Assembly (NCBI GenBank): GCA_950097015.1
Contig: CATNEN010000025.1
Span: forward strand, 6,510,001 to 6,574,000
DNA length: 64,000 nt
Direction: 5' to 3'
Source: Macrostomum hystrix
Taxonomy: Eukaryota; Animalia; Platyhelminthes
A program made the position numbers and the translations under genes. Positions 12,901 to 30,631 of this stretch are shown here, in pieces; the first letter of the stretch is position 1, and each line of letters starts with the position of its first letter. The notes beneath the pieces were generated by a model. It was not told the DNA's origin. It did no database searches and worked only from the letters and a program-made list of their open reading frames with translations.

Positions 12901-14057
12901 TGTCACACTGAAATCTACACACTATGAACATTTGCTAACAAAGTTTCAATAATAGTCCATGGACTGAACGTTCCTGCGACAATGCCAGGTATGAATGCGA
13001 GGGAGTGTAAATGAATGCGAGGGAGTGTGAGGGGTGTCAGGGAGTGCGAGGGAATGTGAGGGAGTGTGAGGGAATGTAAGGGAGTGTGAGGGAATGTAAG
13101 GCAGTGTGAGGGAATGTAAGGGAGTGTGAGGGAATGTAAGGGGGTGTGAGGGAATGTAAGGGAGTGTGAGGGATTGTTAGGGAGTGTGAGGGATTGTTAG
13201 GGAGTGTGAGGGATTGTTAGGGAGTGTAAGGGAGTGTGAGGGAGTTTAAGGGAGTGTGAGGGAGTGTGAGGGAATGTGTGGCAGTGTGAAGTTTGTGAGG
13301 GAGTGTGAGTAAGTTTGAGAGAGTGTGAGGGTCGGAGTTGATGATGTAAGGAGTGTATAGAGAAGCACATAATTTAGTTTAATCTTCACAGTGCACTGTG
13401 CTCACCAATGGTAGTGATCACGGTCACCACGAACAGCAACGCGCCAGCGAAATTCCACGTGAATTCTTCCTCGTCAAAGCTGCCATTCCAGCCTTTCTCC
13501 TTCACTAGCCAGGTGACATTGGCGATGATACCAGACACAGTCTGATTGGCCGCCTCGCGCAGTCGGCGAATCAGACCCTCGGCACATCCGGCCACGGCGG
13601 AAGCAGGCGAGCTGGCGTTGAACTCAATCGGGCACAGCTCAGCAGCCTGTTGCACAACCAACTGCTCGGTCACTCTTAACCGAAATCTCGAGGCCTCGAT
13701 TTTCACCAGCTGCTCCTCAGGCATTTCGATGGCTCGAAAGATCAGGCCGCCAACGAAGGTGTAGGCAACAATCAGTCCCGATAGGCCCAGATGGCTGAAG
13801 ATGAAGGCTACGAATTTCTTGCAGAAACTCTTTGCCTCCCGCAGCTGACGCCGGCGACGCTCCAGCTTCTTTTGACGTCGTCGCTCCTGCCGGGAGAGAC
13901 GCTGACGGACTGAGCGCTGCTGAGGTTGCTGCTGCTGCTCCTGCTCTAGTGAGCCTGTCGGGTCGCCTTCCACAACAATATCTACTTCCAGAGCTACAGC
14001 AGCATCGTCAGTGGCATTAACTCCGCAACCGTTGCTAGCTTCGACTTCGGTAGTCAT
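6934..14057 (-). CDS. Two-pore-domain (K2P/TWIK-family, TWK-18-like) potassium channel
   Basis: Exons 14057-13406, 11498-10392 and 7298-6934 join through phase-1 GT-AG introns. Splicing restores P1 (NFAGALLFVVTVITTIG|YGHAAPKS) and P2 (YFCFITLSTIGFGDIVPG|TEVN), four TM segments and the M4 exit LSVFAMCFKLMQEEV. Confidence 0.93.
8030..10343. repeat. 2.3-kb 20-bp minisatellite GAGGGAGAGCAGAGTCTCA(G/T) in K2P intron 2
   Basis: The 20-nt period is near perfect, with two main variants (CAGG or CATG). The many RESRVSGG ORFs are artefacts. Confidence 0.97.
11600..11905. repeat. 31-bp pyrimidine-rich minisatellite in K2P intron 1
   Basis: TCTAATCTCACCCTCTACTACCCCTCCTATC recurs at 11604, 11635, 11666 and onward. 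Confidence 0.9.
12253..12660. repeat. 28-bp minisatellite GAGTCACACTAGAATGAGGCTATAGTAT in K2P intron 1
   Basis: About 14 tandem units with a 28-nt period; most contain TGAGTCA. Confidence 0.95.
13010..13330. repeat. 10-bp GAGGGAGTGT-type repeat, downstream side of K2P exon 1
   Basis: Degenerate tandem array of the same family as 14960-15990. Confidence 0.9.
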
Positions 14058-14959
14058 TCCTGAGTAGGATGTCAGAAGACTGACACGATCAAGCGAGTCT
14101 TTGGAAGCCTTAATCCTTAGGTTATTGTCTATAGGACTCTCTACTGCTACTGGGCCTTATTAGCGTCTTTAGCATTTATCAGCCTGGTTGCACTCTAATT
14201 AGTCCAATGGAATGAGCCAACCAATAAGGAGACTGCTGCGTATGACATTCTCACCCACTCGCCTGTCTTCCTGTCCTAAAATTTTCTACCCAATTTTAAC
14301 AGGTAAATAAACACCAGGTAGAGACGGATGGCCTGTCTAAACATCCAGTCCCTCCTATTCTATAAAAATATTTCTTTGAAGAAATATGAGACGATCGTTA
14401 AAATGGCACGACAAAGTTCTTGGCGGCGGGAAATTTCTCCCACTCCCAGGTGTTAGATGCGGGGATAAATCCGTACAACCCAGGCTCTAAAATTTCTGCG
14501 CTTTTGTTCCCGCAAAAATTTCCTTTGGAGTTAAAGTTAGACAAAAGATGGTGACGATTGGCCAGAACTGGCGCAATCGATCGGAGTGGAAATCAGAGAA
14601 CGAAGCAGAGTATCATCTGCAGCCAAGGCCTTGGCATATTTGAGAAGGCTGTTGAGAAATCCCTCAAAACCCACCTGTTCAGGCCAGAAAGTCCTTTTAC
14701 GAGAACACGCCTCTTTCCTACTCCCCCATGTCTGTCTTGGGAATAAAATGCCCCTGTTCCTGCTTCTAGCAACATAGGCGTTTAACACTGCTTTAGCAAA
14801 GCACAATCTTAAGGCTCATTGTAAAACCTTCTGGTTTTGAAAAAATTAACAAGTTTTACGCAAAAAATCTGTATGCTTTTTGTCATTGATTTTGGAGTCT
14901 GGGAAAAATTTTCAGAAAGCCTGAATGCATCTGCAAAAGCTTGAGAACTTACGCGTATT

Positions 14960-15990
14960 AGGGAGTGTGAGGGAGTGTGAGGGAGTGTGAGGGAGCGTGA
15001 GGGAGTGTGAGGGGGTGTGAGGGAGTGTGAGGGGGTGTGAGGAAGCGTGAGGGATAGTGAGGGAGTGTGAGGGAGTGTGAGGGAGTGTGAGGGGGTGTGA
15101 GGGAGTGTGAGGTAGTGTGAGGGGGTGTGAGGGAGTGTGAGGTAGTGTGAGGGGTGTCAGGGAGTGTGAGGGAGTGTGAGCGAGTGTGAGGGAGTGTGAA
15201 GGAGTTGAGGGAGTGTGAAGGAGTTGAGGGAGTGTGAGGGAGTGAGAGGGAGTGTGAGGGAGTGTGAGGGAGTGTGAGGGGGTGTGAGGAAGCGTGAGGG
15301 ATAGTGAGGGAGTGTGAGGTAGTGTGAGGGGTGTCAGGGAGTGTGAGGGAGTGTGAGCGAGTGTGAGGGAGTGTGAAGGAGTTGAGGGAGTGTGAGGGAG
15401 TGTGAGGGAGCGTGAGGGAGTGTGAGGGAGTGTGAGGGGGTGTGAGGGAGTGTGAGGGGGTGTGAGGGAGTGAGAGGGAGTGTGAGGGAGTGTGAGGGAG
15501 TGTGAGGGGGTGTGAGGAAGCGTGAGGGATAGTGAGGGAGTGTGAGGGAGTGTGAGGGGGTGTGAGGGAGTGTGAGGTAGTGTGAGGGGTGTCAGGGAGT
15601 GTGAGGGAGTGTGAGGGAGTGTGAGCGAGTGTGAGGGAGTGTGAAGGAGTTGAGGGAGTGTGAGGGAGTGTGAGGGAGTGTGAGGGAGTGTGAGCGAGTG
15701 TGAGGGAGTGTGAGCGAGTGTGAGGGAGTGTGAAGGAGTTGAGGGAGTGTGAGGGAGTGTGAGGGAGTGTGAGGGAGTGTGAGCGAGTGTGAGGGAGTGT
15801 GAAGGAGTTGAGGGAGTGTGAGGGAGTGTGAGGGAGTGTGAGGGAGTGTGAGCGAGTGTGAGGGAGTGTGAAGGAGTTGAGGGAGTGTGAGGGAGTGTGA
15901 GGGAGTGTGAGCGAGTGTGAGGGAGTGTGAGCGAGTGTGAGGGAGTGTGAAGGAGTTGAGGGAGTGTGAGGGAGTGTGAGGGAGTGTGAG
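14960..15990. repeat. 10-bp GAGGGAGTGT-type repeat, upstream of K2P
   Basis: About 1 kb tandem array; ORF 14958-16079 (SHSLTLPHTP) is its translation. Confidence 0.95.
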
Positions 15991-16881
15991 TGTGATTTAG
16001 CGAAGTAGATGGAGAGAGTGATGGAGTAATGGAGAGAGGAGTGTAAAGAGAGGATAATGTTGAAGCGAATAGGATGCATAGAGAATGTTGGTCAATCTTC
16101 AGTGTACAATCAAAACTGCCAGCAACAAAAAAGTATTAGCCTAACTGAGCTCATATCTCAGCTGAATCAGCTGGTTATCTGAACTAGCCAACTGACTGAA
16201 GTGCCTTGCGCATACAACTAGTGGCCAAAGATTCGGAATCGAAGAAAAAATCTCAGATTTACTAGCAAATTGGTCATTCTCCCAGTCGGCTATTCCCAAA
16301 TAATTTTTTCATGCGCCCAGCTTCTTTAGACTTTAATTAAACTGCTTGGGGATGTGACTAGGAGGGTCGATTTGTCCCAAACCTCAGCCTGCTGCATCCC
16401 AATTGGCAATAAAGGCTGGGTGCATGGAAAATAGACGAAACGAATATCGAGAGGAAGTCCAGAAGCAAAATAAGAGCATTCAGTTATTGCAGCTCTCCAC
16501 TAGAAGGAAATTCATAGCGTTTACAACAAATAAATGCCATGGGCAATTTCTTCAATTGAACCAAAAGAGACCGAATGAGAATGAGCATTCAAAAATAGTA
16601 CTATGCTATTCATACATTTAGTTCACAATATCCTACCAAGTTAGTTATTACTATCTCATTTGTCATCTACTACTTCACAATCATCAAATAAATTAGTCGA
16701 AAACTACTTCAAAGTTGTTGTAGTGAATTCAGTATTAATGCTCAAACTTTCAATTACATCAGCATTAAAAAATTCTAATTGCATTGCGACAGTGAAAATA
16801 ATATTTCATAGCTTTTTTATGCATTCACACGTTACTAATAGTAGCAATGGAAAAATGTTGAATTCCGTTAAGCTTAATTAC

Positions 16882-17250
16882 TAATAATAATAATAAAAAT
16901 AATTGCAGGAGGGCTGCGGGCAATGGCGCATCATTTGGTGACACTAGACCCGCAGCCAGCGAGAAGGCAATTCTGCTCATTTCGCTGACCCCTGAGCACA
17001 CACGCACACAGATACTGTACGCAGGCATACGCTCACACAGGTGTGTACATCTGCCCTGACTTTCTCATCGTCAGGCAGTGTACATTTAACTGTGCCTTGG
17101 AGGTTGGCCATCAAGGGTGTAAATTGCACGACAAGCCCCCAAGCCTTCTCTCAGCGGCTGCGCCCCAAATAAATGTGGCCTCGCCGTGGAATCGAACTTA
17201 GGGACCTTGGTGCGAGAGGCAAACGCGATAACCGCTCTGCCACCGACCCC
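16882..17250 (-). mobile_element. tRNA-derived SINE, family 1 (about 370 bp)
   Basis: The minus strand starts GGTGGCAGAGCGGTTATCGCG...AAGTTCGATTCCACGGCGAGGCCA (A box, B box, tRNA-like head) and ends in a (TTA)/T-rich tail. Its body is closely similar to the copies at 43770, 51312, 54648 and 55628. Confidence 0.85.
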
Positions 17251-17544
17251 CTTAGCAGCATCTTTAGTAGGCTCATTTCCCAGTGGAGACCTCACAGACT
17301 CACAAACCAGATGCAGTCTCTTTATTCTTATTTCTAAGAAACAATTCCAATTCCTAAATTAACAACGTGTCCACTAATTTTATTGTAGAATTTAAAAATT
17401 CAGCTCAAATTCCTTTTTTCTCCCCATCATGGGATTTGTCTATAGCGGCTGCAGTCTGCTGTAGGGTCCTCAGTGCAATGGGTTATAAGGTCCGTATTTG
17501 TGTGACCACCCCAGGCTGTGGTACTTCGTGACGCACCGCTCACT

Positions 17545-17591
17545 AAACCAATGCTCAGCTAAGTTGCAGGGGCATCTGTTACCATGGCGAC
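17545..17591 (+). promoter_or_regulatory. CCAAT box plus RFX X-box-like site (GTTACCATGGCGAC, 17578-17591); candidate HUNK promoter
   Basis: Motif match only; consensus donors follow at 17763 (GTGAGT) and 17844 (GTAAGT). Confidence 0.45.
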
Positions 17592-18021
17592 GCGTCATTT
17601 GGCGCCTGCATAATTTAGGTTGGCCGCTCCCTCACCCCCCATGCTGAGATGTCTTAAAGCTGTAGGAAGTAGAATGTATGTAGCAATCCCAATCGGTCAC
17701 GGGTATCTGACGATCCTCCGACAACAAAAAATCTCTGCTACGAGTAGAGCAAGTTTGCAGCGGTGAGTTTAAACTTATTCCACACTCGGTGCTTTTCGTT
17801 TGTTATCTTCGGATAAAGACTGATTGACAGATGTCAGTGCACAGTAAGTAAGTGTCACTTTTTTTCAAACATGATGATATCGGTTAGTCTATACAATCTA
17901 AGATAATAAATTTGTTTTAATGCTTTCAAAACATATTTCATATTAACAGTAGAAATACCACGGGCTATTTTAAGTGTCCAAATGTTTCTTTTTCTGAATC
18001 TCCTAGAATATACCTAAGGTA

Positions 18022-19040
18022 CCTTTTCAAGCTCGACTTTGGCAAAAGCGACTTCAATTTTGGCAGCCCATAGAAAAGGCGTATGCCTGCCAGCAACATG
18101 TCTATGGTCAACTGTGGTAGAATCGGTTAAGGCGTGCATTCAAAATCCCAACTTGACCCAACAACCCAACTTGACCCAACAACCCAACATTCAATGCACT
18201 AACCTCACTCATGAACTCATGGAACTTGACTTCGGTGAAGCCTCCAGTATGGTGTCGAAGGTGTACCAATCCAAGCTGCGAACTGATAGCCAGGACGACA
18301 GTCAGATTCTGTCCGCGCTGGCTGTCGGGCATCATGACGGCACGTTCACCGGCACCTGCCCATCCCTTTGTCCTTGCCGTCCACAAATTACAGCCAAACT
18401 CGGCCACGTAGATGAGATTGTGTGCGAAGATGCCGGCTTCCATAAACCACTGCATGTGGTCGAAGCGCGCCGCCTTGGTGATATCCGAATTCCAGTGCTC
18501 ATGCACTCGCCGAACGTCCTTCAGCGTGATGTACAGAGTTACAGTCCAGGCGACGGCTGATTGCCTGCACCGACACGCCAGGTGCGCCTGGAAGTTCGGC
18601 TCCATCTTCTCCTTCATCTCCCTCAACGTTATGGTGGGCTTCTCTTCAACAAACCGAGTCACAGCATTTAACATTGGTGGTGTAAATTTTGGCCTCACGG
18701 CTCCCCCTCGTTGCTTCAGCGCAACGCGATCTTCAGTGACAAACCTGTGGATAATTGTGTCGGCAGTGGTTCTCTTTATGTCGAGATCCTTCGCCAGTCG
18801 TCTCCAGTCTCTTCCTTCTTGGTAGCTGCGCACCAGCCGTTCTCGATCCTGCAGCGATATACTCGCGTTCAGCATATTGTTCGGTTGAGTTGCTAAAATT
18901 CGCACATTTTTGCCAAAGTTGAATGCTCGCTTTAACCGATTCTACCACAGTTGACCATAGACATGTTGCTGGCAGGCATATGCCTTTTCTATGGGCTGCC
19001 AAAATTGAAGTCACTTTTGCCAAAGTCGAGCTTGAAAAGG
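18022..19040 (-). mobile_element. Internally deleted Tc1/IS630-type (DDE_3-like) DNA transposon with 122-bp TIRs
   Basis: Inverted repeats 18022-18143 and 18919-19040 have few mismatches and flanking TA dinucleotides (18020-21, 19041-42). The ORF carries an HTH region and a YV(A)EFGCNLWTARTKGW motif (first catalytic Asp changed to Ala) and is truncated before the second and third catalytic residues. Confidence 0.92.
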
Positions 19041-20155
19041 TACGAGTATATTCAACCGATTGCCAAGAAAATCAAGAAAACTGGCACAAACTTCACCGCT
19101 CTCATCGATTAAACAACTTTCATAGTCACAAAATGGTTCACCACCAATGGTTTTCGCTTTTATTTAAGGTCCCGCCAGTCGCTGCCGATGCTCCAGACGG
19201 TGATGAAGGGACCCTGGTGACTGGGAGGCTGAGAAAAAAGGTCCCTACGACAGATGGACTCAGATTATTGAACCAATTCGCAATAGAGGTTCATTAACAG
19301 GAAAAGTTGTGTAGTCTTTCTACTGTAAATAGTGATGATGCCAGAGATAAAAGTGCTTTAATTAAGCTGTCTTTGGCGACAGACTGTTGGTCTGAAGTCT
19401 TCTTCAAAAAAGCAACGCAATGAAGCACACACGCAGTCTCATTAGTCTGTAAGTCTTTCAAACTGCGCCTGAAATTAAGCGGCATTTTGTTAAAGGCCAA
19501 GCAAACTCAACTCGATGGGACAATATATAATGAGCTGAGGCCATTAACCCTTTAGTACTAGAAACATCTCGAGCTGTTTGTTAGTCCCACGACGAAGACC
19601 AAAGCAGCAGCAGCAGCAGCAGTTGTAGCAAAAAACTAGTATAGCTATCCAAATAACTTGTCGCCCTAGCAGTCCTCCCTGTCTATTGTGTGTGTGGGGC
19701 ACTATTTTCTCTAGCCCACAGAGTCGAAATTGAATCGTTTTGCTTCAACCAATCCGCAAGTCTTCTTCTTCGCTCTCCTCTATGTGAGTCGCTCTCTCTC
19801 TCTGTCTTCACAGTTTTACCGTGAAACAAAATGTCCACTCTCTGGATAATTTGCGTAAATATTTCCAGACACACTCAGACTCGCACGCTAGTACTGGTTA
19901 ATAGGCATGCGTTGTTGGGGTGGCCTAGTGACCAAAGCAATTTGAGAGAGAGAGAGAGAGAGAGCTCAATCTTCGCCGCTGCATTAACGGACTACCCGTT
20001 CGTCATCAGTGCTATATCTATCTTAGCAATGCGTCGTTTTTAGTTTTTTTGTTTTAAGTCTTTCGCACTTTAGGCGCAGACTATTCTTCCATTCCTCTGT
20101 TGGGTTTGATGCCCGCCAACAGTTGTCACAACTGGCGCCAGCGGGTACTAATTTC

Positions 20156-26730
<6,575 letters not shown>

Positions 26731-27049
26731 AATTATGGATTATGGATTTTCTTGCTGAAAAACTGTCGTGTTGGATTTGCTTTTCATAATTTTACTCCTA
26801 CGTTAAAAAAGTGCCTCGCGTTTCCGGTAGCGCCAAGAAAGGGCAACTTTCTATTTTTCTTATAAATGAAGAAATTCAATGGATATTTTAGTTTTTTCGC
26901 ACCAGAAATCACAGCTTAACTGCTGCGCAAATGCAGAGCCAAAATTGCCTTCACGACATTTTGGCTGTATATTTATAAATAGCGAGTAGAGTTTAGATAA
27001 GTTCTCTGCGTCTCCTTGTGTTCTTGTTTTATCTTTGGTTTTAAAGACT

Positions 27050-27665
27050 AGACTAAAATAGAATAGAGTAGAATCGAATAGACTAGAATAGACTAGAATA
27101 GAATAGAATAGAATAGAATAGAATGGAATAGAATAGAATAGAAAAGAAAAGAATAGAATAGAATAGAGAAGAATAGAATAGAATAGAATAGAATAGAATG
27201 GAATAGAATAGAATTGAATAGAATGAAAAAGAATAGAGTGGAATAGAATGGAATAGAATAGAGTGGAATAGAATGGAATAGAATGAAATAGAATAGAGTG
27301 GAATAGAATTGAATAGAATGAAATAGAATAGAGTGGAATAGAATGGAATATAATGAAATAGAATAAAATGGAATAGAATTGAATATAATGAAATAGAATA
27401 GAGTGGAATAGAATGGAATAGAATGAAATAGAATAGAGTGGAATAGAATTGAATAGAATGAAATAGAATAGAGTGGAATAGAATGGAATATAATGAACTA
27501 GAATAGAGTGGAATAGAGTGGAATAGAATGGAATAGAATGGAATAGGATAGAGTGGAATAGAATGAACTAGAATAGAATGGAATAGAATGAAATAGAATA
27601 GAGTGGAATAGAATAGAATGGAATAGAATTAAAAATAATAAAATAGAATAGAATAGAATAGAACA
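27050..27665. repeat. (GAATA/GAATG)n pentameric satellite downstream of HUNK
   Basis: Directly visible. Confidence 0.95.
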
Positions 27666-27689
27666 CAAAATATTTTGCCAGATCGCGAA

Positions 27690-27875
27690 ACACTAATATT
27701 ACTGTAAAAAACATAATATTACTGTACAAAACATAATACTACTGTACAAAACATAATATTACTGTACAAAACATAATATTACTGTACATAACATAATATT
27801 ACTGTACAAAACATAATATTACTGTACGAAACATAATATTACTGTACAAAACATAATATTACTGTACAAAACATG
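27690..27875. repeat. 20-bp minisatellite ACATAATATTACTGTACAAA
   Basis: About 9 tandem copies. Confidence 0.93.
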
Positions 27876-28287
27876 TGTCTTATATTAAAGTTCATTCTTG
27901 AACTCGCGTTGAAGGTTTTCTGTTGGCATTCGGTCGTCATGGAAACTCCACTGGTCTGGTTACAACTGTGGGGGATAGGCCGGAGGTCGGGGTGGACCAC
28001 ATTGAGGCTTGGGCTACTTCCGGCTTGAGACTAGGAGAGCATGAAGCCAGTCCACACATCATCTGCAGAGACTGCTACGGGATGGCCAGTGAAAAGCAGT
28101 CAGGAGACACGGGAGGAGAGAGAGAGAGAATGAACTGGCAGCACAGGGTAGCACAATTGGGAATTGTGCACGCTAGCCAACCAATCTCAAACTCTTTCCC
28201 AAATCCATAATAAAGATGAAGCTAGTTGAGCACACTAGAGCAAAGGAGACTCAGTAGATTGATTCAAGCCGACTTCTCTGCCAGACG

Positions 28288-30191
28288 ATGCTCAACTTGG
28301 TAGATTTCTTCTGCCTAACTTTGATAGCCATTCTGCTTCCAGCTACAGATGCTACTGATCTAGGTAAGAAAGAGTTACTGGAATCTAGTCTAGATGGTCT
28401 AGACCCGAACTGCAGAAAACATCCGGAGATAAAGAATCGTCCCAAGATCCAAATCCAAAGAATCGTCCCAAGATCCAAATCCAAAGAATCGTCCCAAGAT
28501 CCTTAGCTAAAGAATCGTCCCAAGATCCGTAGCTATAGAATCGTCCCAAGATCCGTAGCTAAAGAATCGTCCCAAGATCAGTAGCTAAAGAATCGTCCCA
28601 AGATCCGTAGCTAAAGAATCGTCCTAAGATCCGTAGCTAAAGAATCGTCCCAAGATCCGTAGCTAAAGAATCGTCCCAAGATCTGTAGCTAAAGAATCGT
28701 CCCAAGATCCGTAGCTAAAGAATCGTCCAAAGATCCGTAGCTATAGAATCGTCCCAAGATCCGTAGCTATAGAATCGTCCTAAGATCCGTAGCTATAAAA
28801 TCGTCCCAAGATCCGTAGCTAAAGAATCGTCCCAAGATCCGTAGCTAAAGAATCGTCCCAAGATCCGTAGCTATAGAATCGTCCCAAGATCCGTAGCTAT
28901 AAAATCGTCCTAAGATCCGTAGCTAAAGAATCGTCCTAAGATCCGTAGCTATAGAATCGTCCCAAGATCCGTAGCAATAGAATCGTCCCAAGATCCGCTG
29001 CAACAGAATCGTCCCAAGATCCGCTGCAACAGAATCATCCCAAGATCCGCTGCAACAGAATCGTCCCAAGATCCGTAGCTATAGAATCGTCCCAAGATCC
29101 GCTGCAACAGAATCGTCCCAAGATCCGCTGCAACAGAATCGTCCCAAGATCCGCTGCAACAGAATCGTCCCAAGATCCGCTGCAACAGAATCGTCCCAAG
29201 ATCCGCTGCAACAGAATCGTCCCAAGATCCGCTGCAACAGAATCGTCCCACAAATAATCGAGTCACAGACTCATAGCCAGATTCCTCAACTATCCCGATC
29301 CGCAGTTCTGGATGGCCCGGTGTCCATCAGCAATTTGTCCTGCTTCGAGTGCTCCGAGACGTTCAACAAAGCAACTCCGTGGATGGCAAATACCACGTGC
29401 CAGTCGTTAATTGGTTTGAATGGCAGGCCTTGCATGGCGGCGCAAACGTTTTGCACTGTGAGTCCGCTTGAGAGAGGAGAGCAGAGCGAGGAGAGGGAAT
29501 GTGGGAGAGAGGATAGAGGAGAGGATAGAGGAGAGGATAGAGGAGAGGATAGAGGAGAGGATAGAGGAGAGGATAGAGGAGAGGATAGAGGAGAGGATTG
29601 AGGAGAGGATTGAGGAGAGGATAGTGGAGAGGATAGAGGAGAGGATAGAGGAGAGGATAGAGGAGAGGATAGAGGAGAGGATAGAGGAGAGGATAGAGGA
29701 GAGGATAGAGGAGAGGATAGAGGAGAGGATAGAGGAGAGGATAGAGGAGAGGATAGAGGAGAGGATAGTGGAGAGGATAGTGGAGAGGATAGAGGAGTGG
29801 ATTGAATAGAGGGGAGAGCAGAGCAGAGAGAGGAGAGAGGAGAGGAGAGAGGAGGTGGAAAGTGGAGAGAGGATAAAGAAGGTAACATGCATCTTAAATC
29901 CCTGTAGGGACACAGATCCCTACAAATTCTTCACGCCACGCCACGCCAACCCCTCAGGTGGCAATCTCTATTCAATACGATGTGCTGATCTCGATCAGTC
30001 GGGGCTGCACGGACACCTGCGTTGAGGGCTGCATCTACGATGGCTACCCGATGACGCAGATCAACTGCGTGAACTGCTGCACAACCAGCTTCTGCAACAC
30101 AATGAGCCACGGAAGCAGAATTAGCCTCAACTGGAGAGGCCTGGTACTGCTACCGTTCGCACTGGTGCTGCTGACCTCTTGGACTGGTTAA
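28288..30191 (+). CDS. Ly6/uPAR (three-finger, quiver/sleepless-like) secreted protein with probable GPI anchor
   Basis: Exons 28288-28363 (signal peptide MLNLVDFFCLTLIAILLPATDA), 29306-29457 (LSCFECS...C...C...FCT) and 29958-30191 (RGCTDTC...NCVNCCTTSFCN, then a hydrophobic tail) join through phase-1 then phase-0 GT-AG introns. The CxxC start and CCxxxxCN end define the LU domain. Confidence 0.88.
28430..29250. repeat. 26-bp minisatellite AGAATCGTCCCAAGATCCG(TAGCTA[A/T]/CTGCAAC) in Ly6 intron 1
   Basis: Period 26, with a block-wise switch of variant near 28990. Confidence 0.95.
29505..29790. repeat. 12-bp GAGGATAGAGGA repeat in Ly6 intron 2
   Basis: Directly visible; the EERI/SSPL/SILS ORFs are artefacts. 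Confidence 0.95.
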
Positions 30192-30631
30192 AATGGAAAC
30201 TGAAATATTCGAATGATAGTAAGCTACTCGGACTGTACATAATTAAGTATTGATTGTCTTTTTGACAGTTTTTTCTTGGAATTTTGTAGCGACGAGTGCT
30301 GCTTTTGTTGTCTTTTTTGCTTTTTAGCTTCGAAAAACATGGCAAACTATTTTCATTACTCGTAAAAGGCCCCACTATCCAGTATCGAATAGCTTTACAA
30401 ATAGCAAAAAAAATTAGTTTAAGCGAGTTTCAAATCTAATAGACGCATTCGTTTTATAAATTGTATCGCCATAATAAGTTTATTTTAGCCACCAGATCCA
30501 GATTTTTTCAGTTTTTTTATTTCTTGGGAAAGCCTAGTTAAACGGCGTGACCGAAAGAATATTTCAGGAGGGCTGCAGGCACATTCTGCCCATTCCGCTG
30601 ACTCCTGAGCACAAACGTACATTTTCAATTA

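Noticed and set aside
16403-16884. Short AT-rich ORFs 16403-16621 and 16660-16884, and ORF 41081-41596
   Set aside because: No motifs, no supporting splice sites, and a composition like intergenic DNA or repeat run-off.
17185-17250. tRNA-gene-like sequences (also near 90, 23730, 24090, 38805, 49090, 49250, 54660 and 61740)
   Set aside because: They have A/B boxes but I could not fold a complete cloverleaf; most continue into shared SINE bodies or are isolated B-box fragments.
19169-19241. Exon-like GC-rich segment after TTTTATTTAAG upstream of HUNK
   Set aside because: The only in-phase donor is a poor GTCCCT and there is no homology support.
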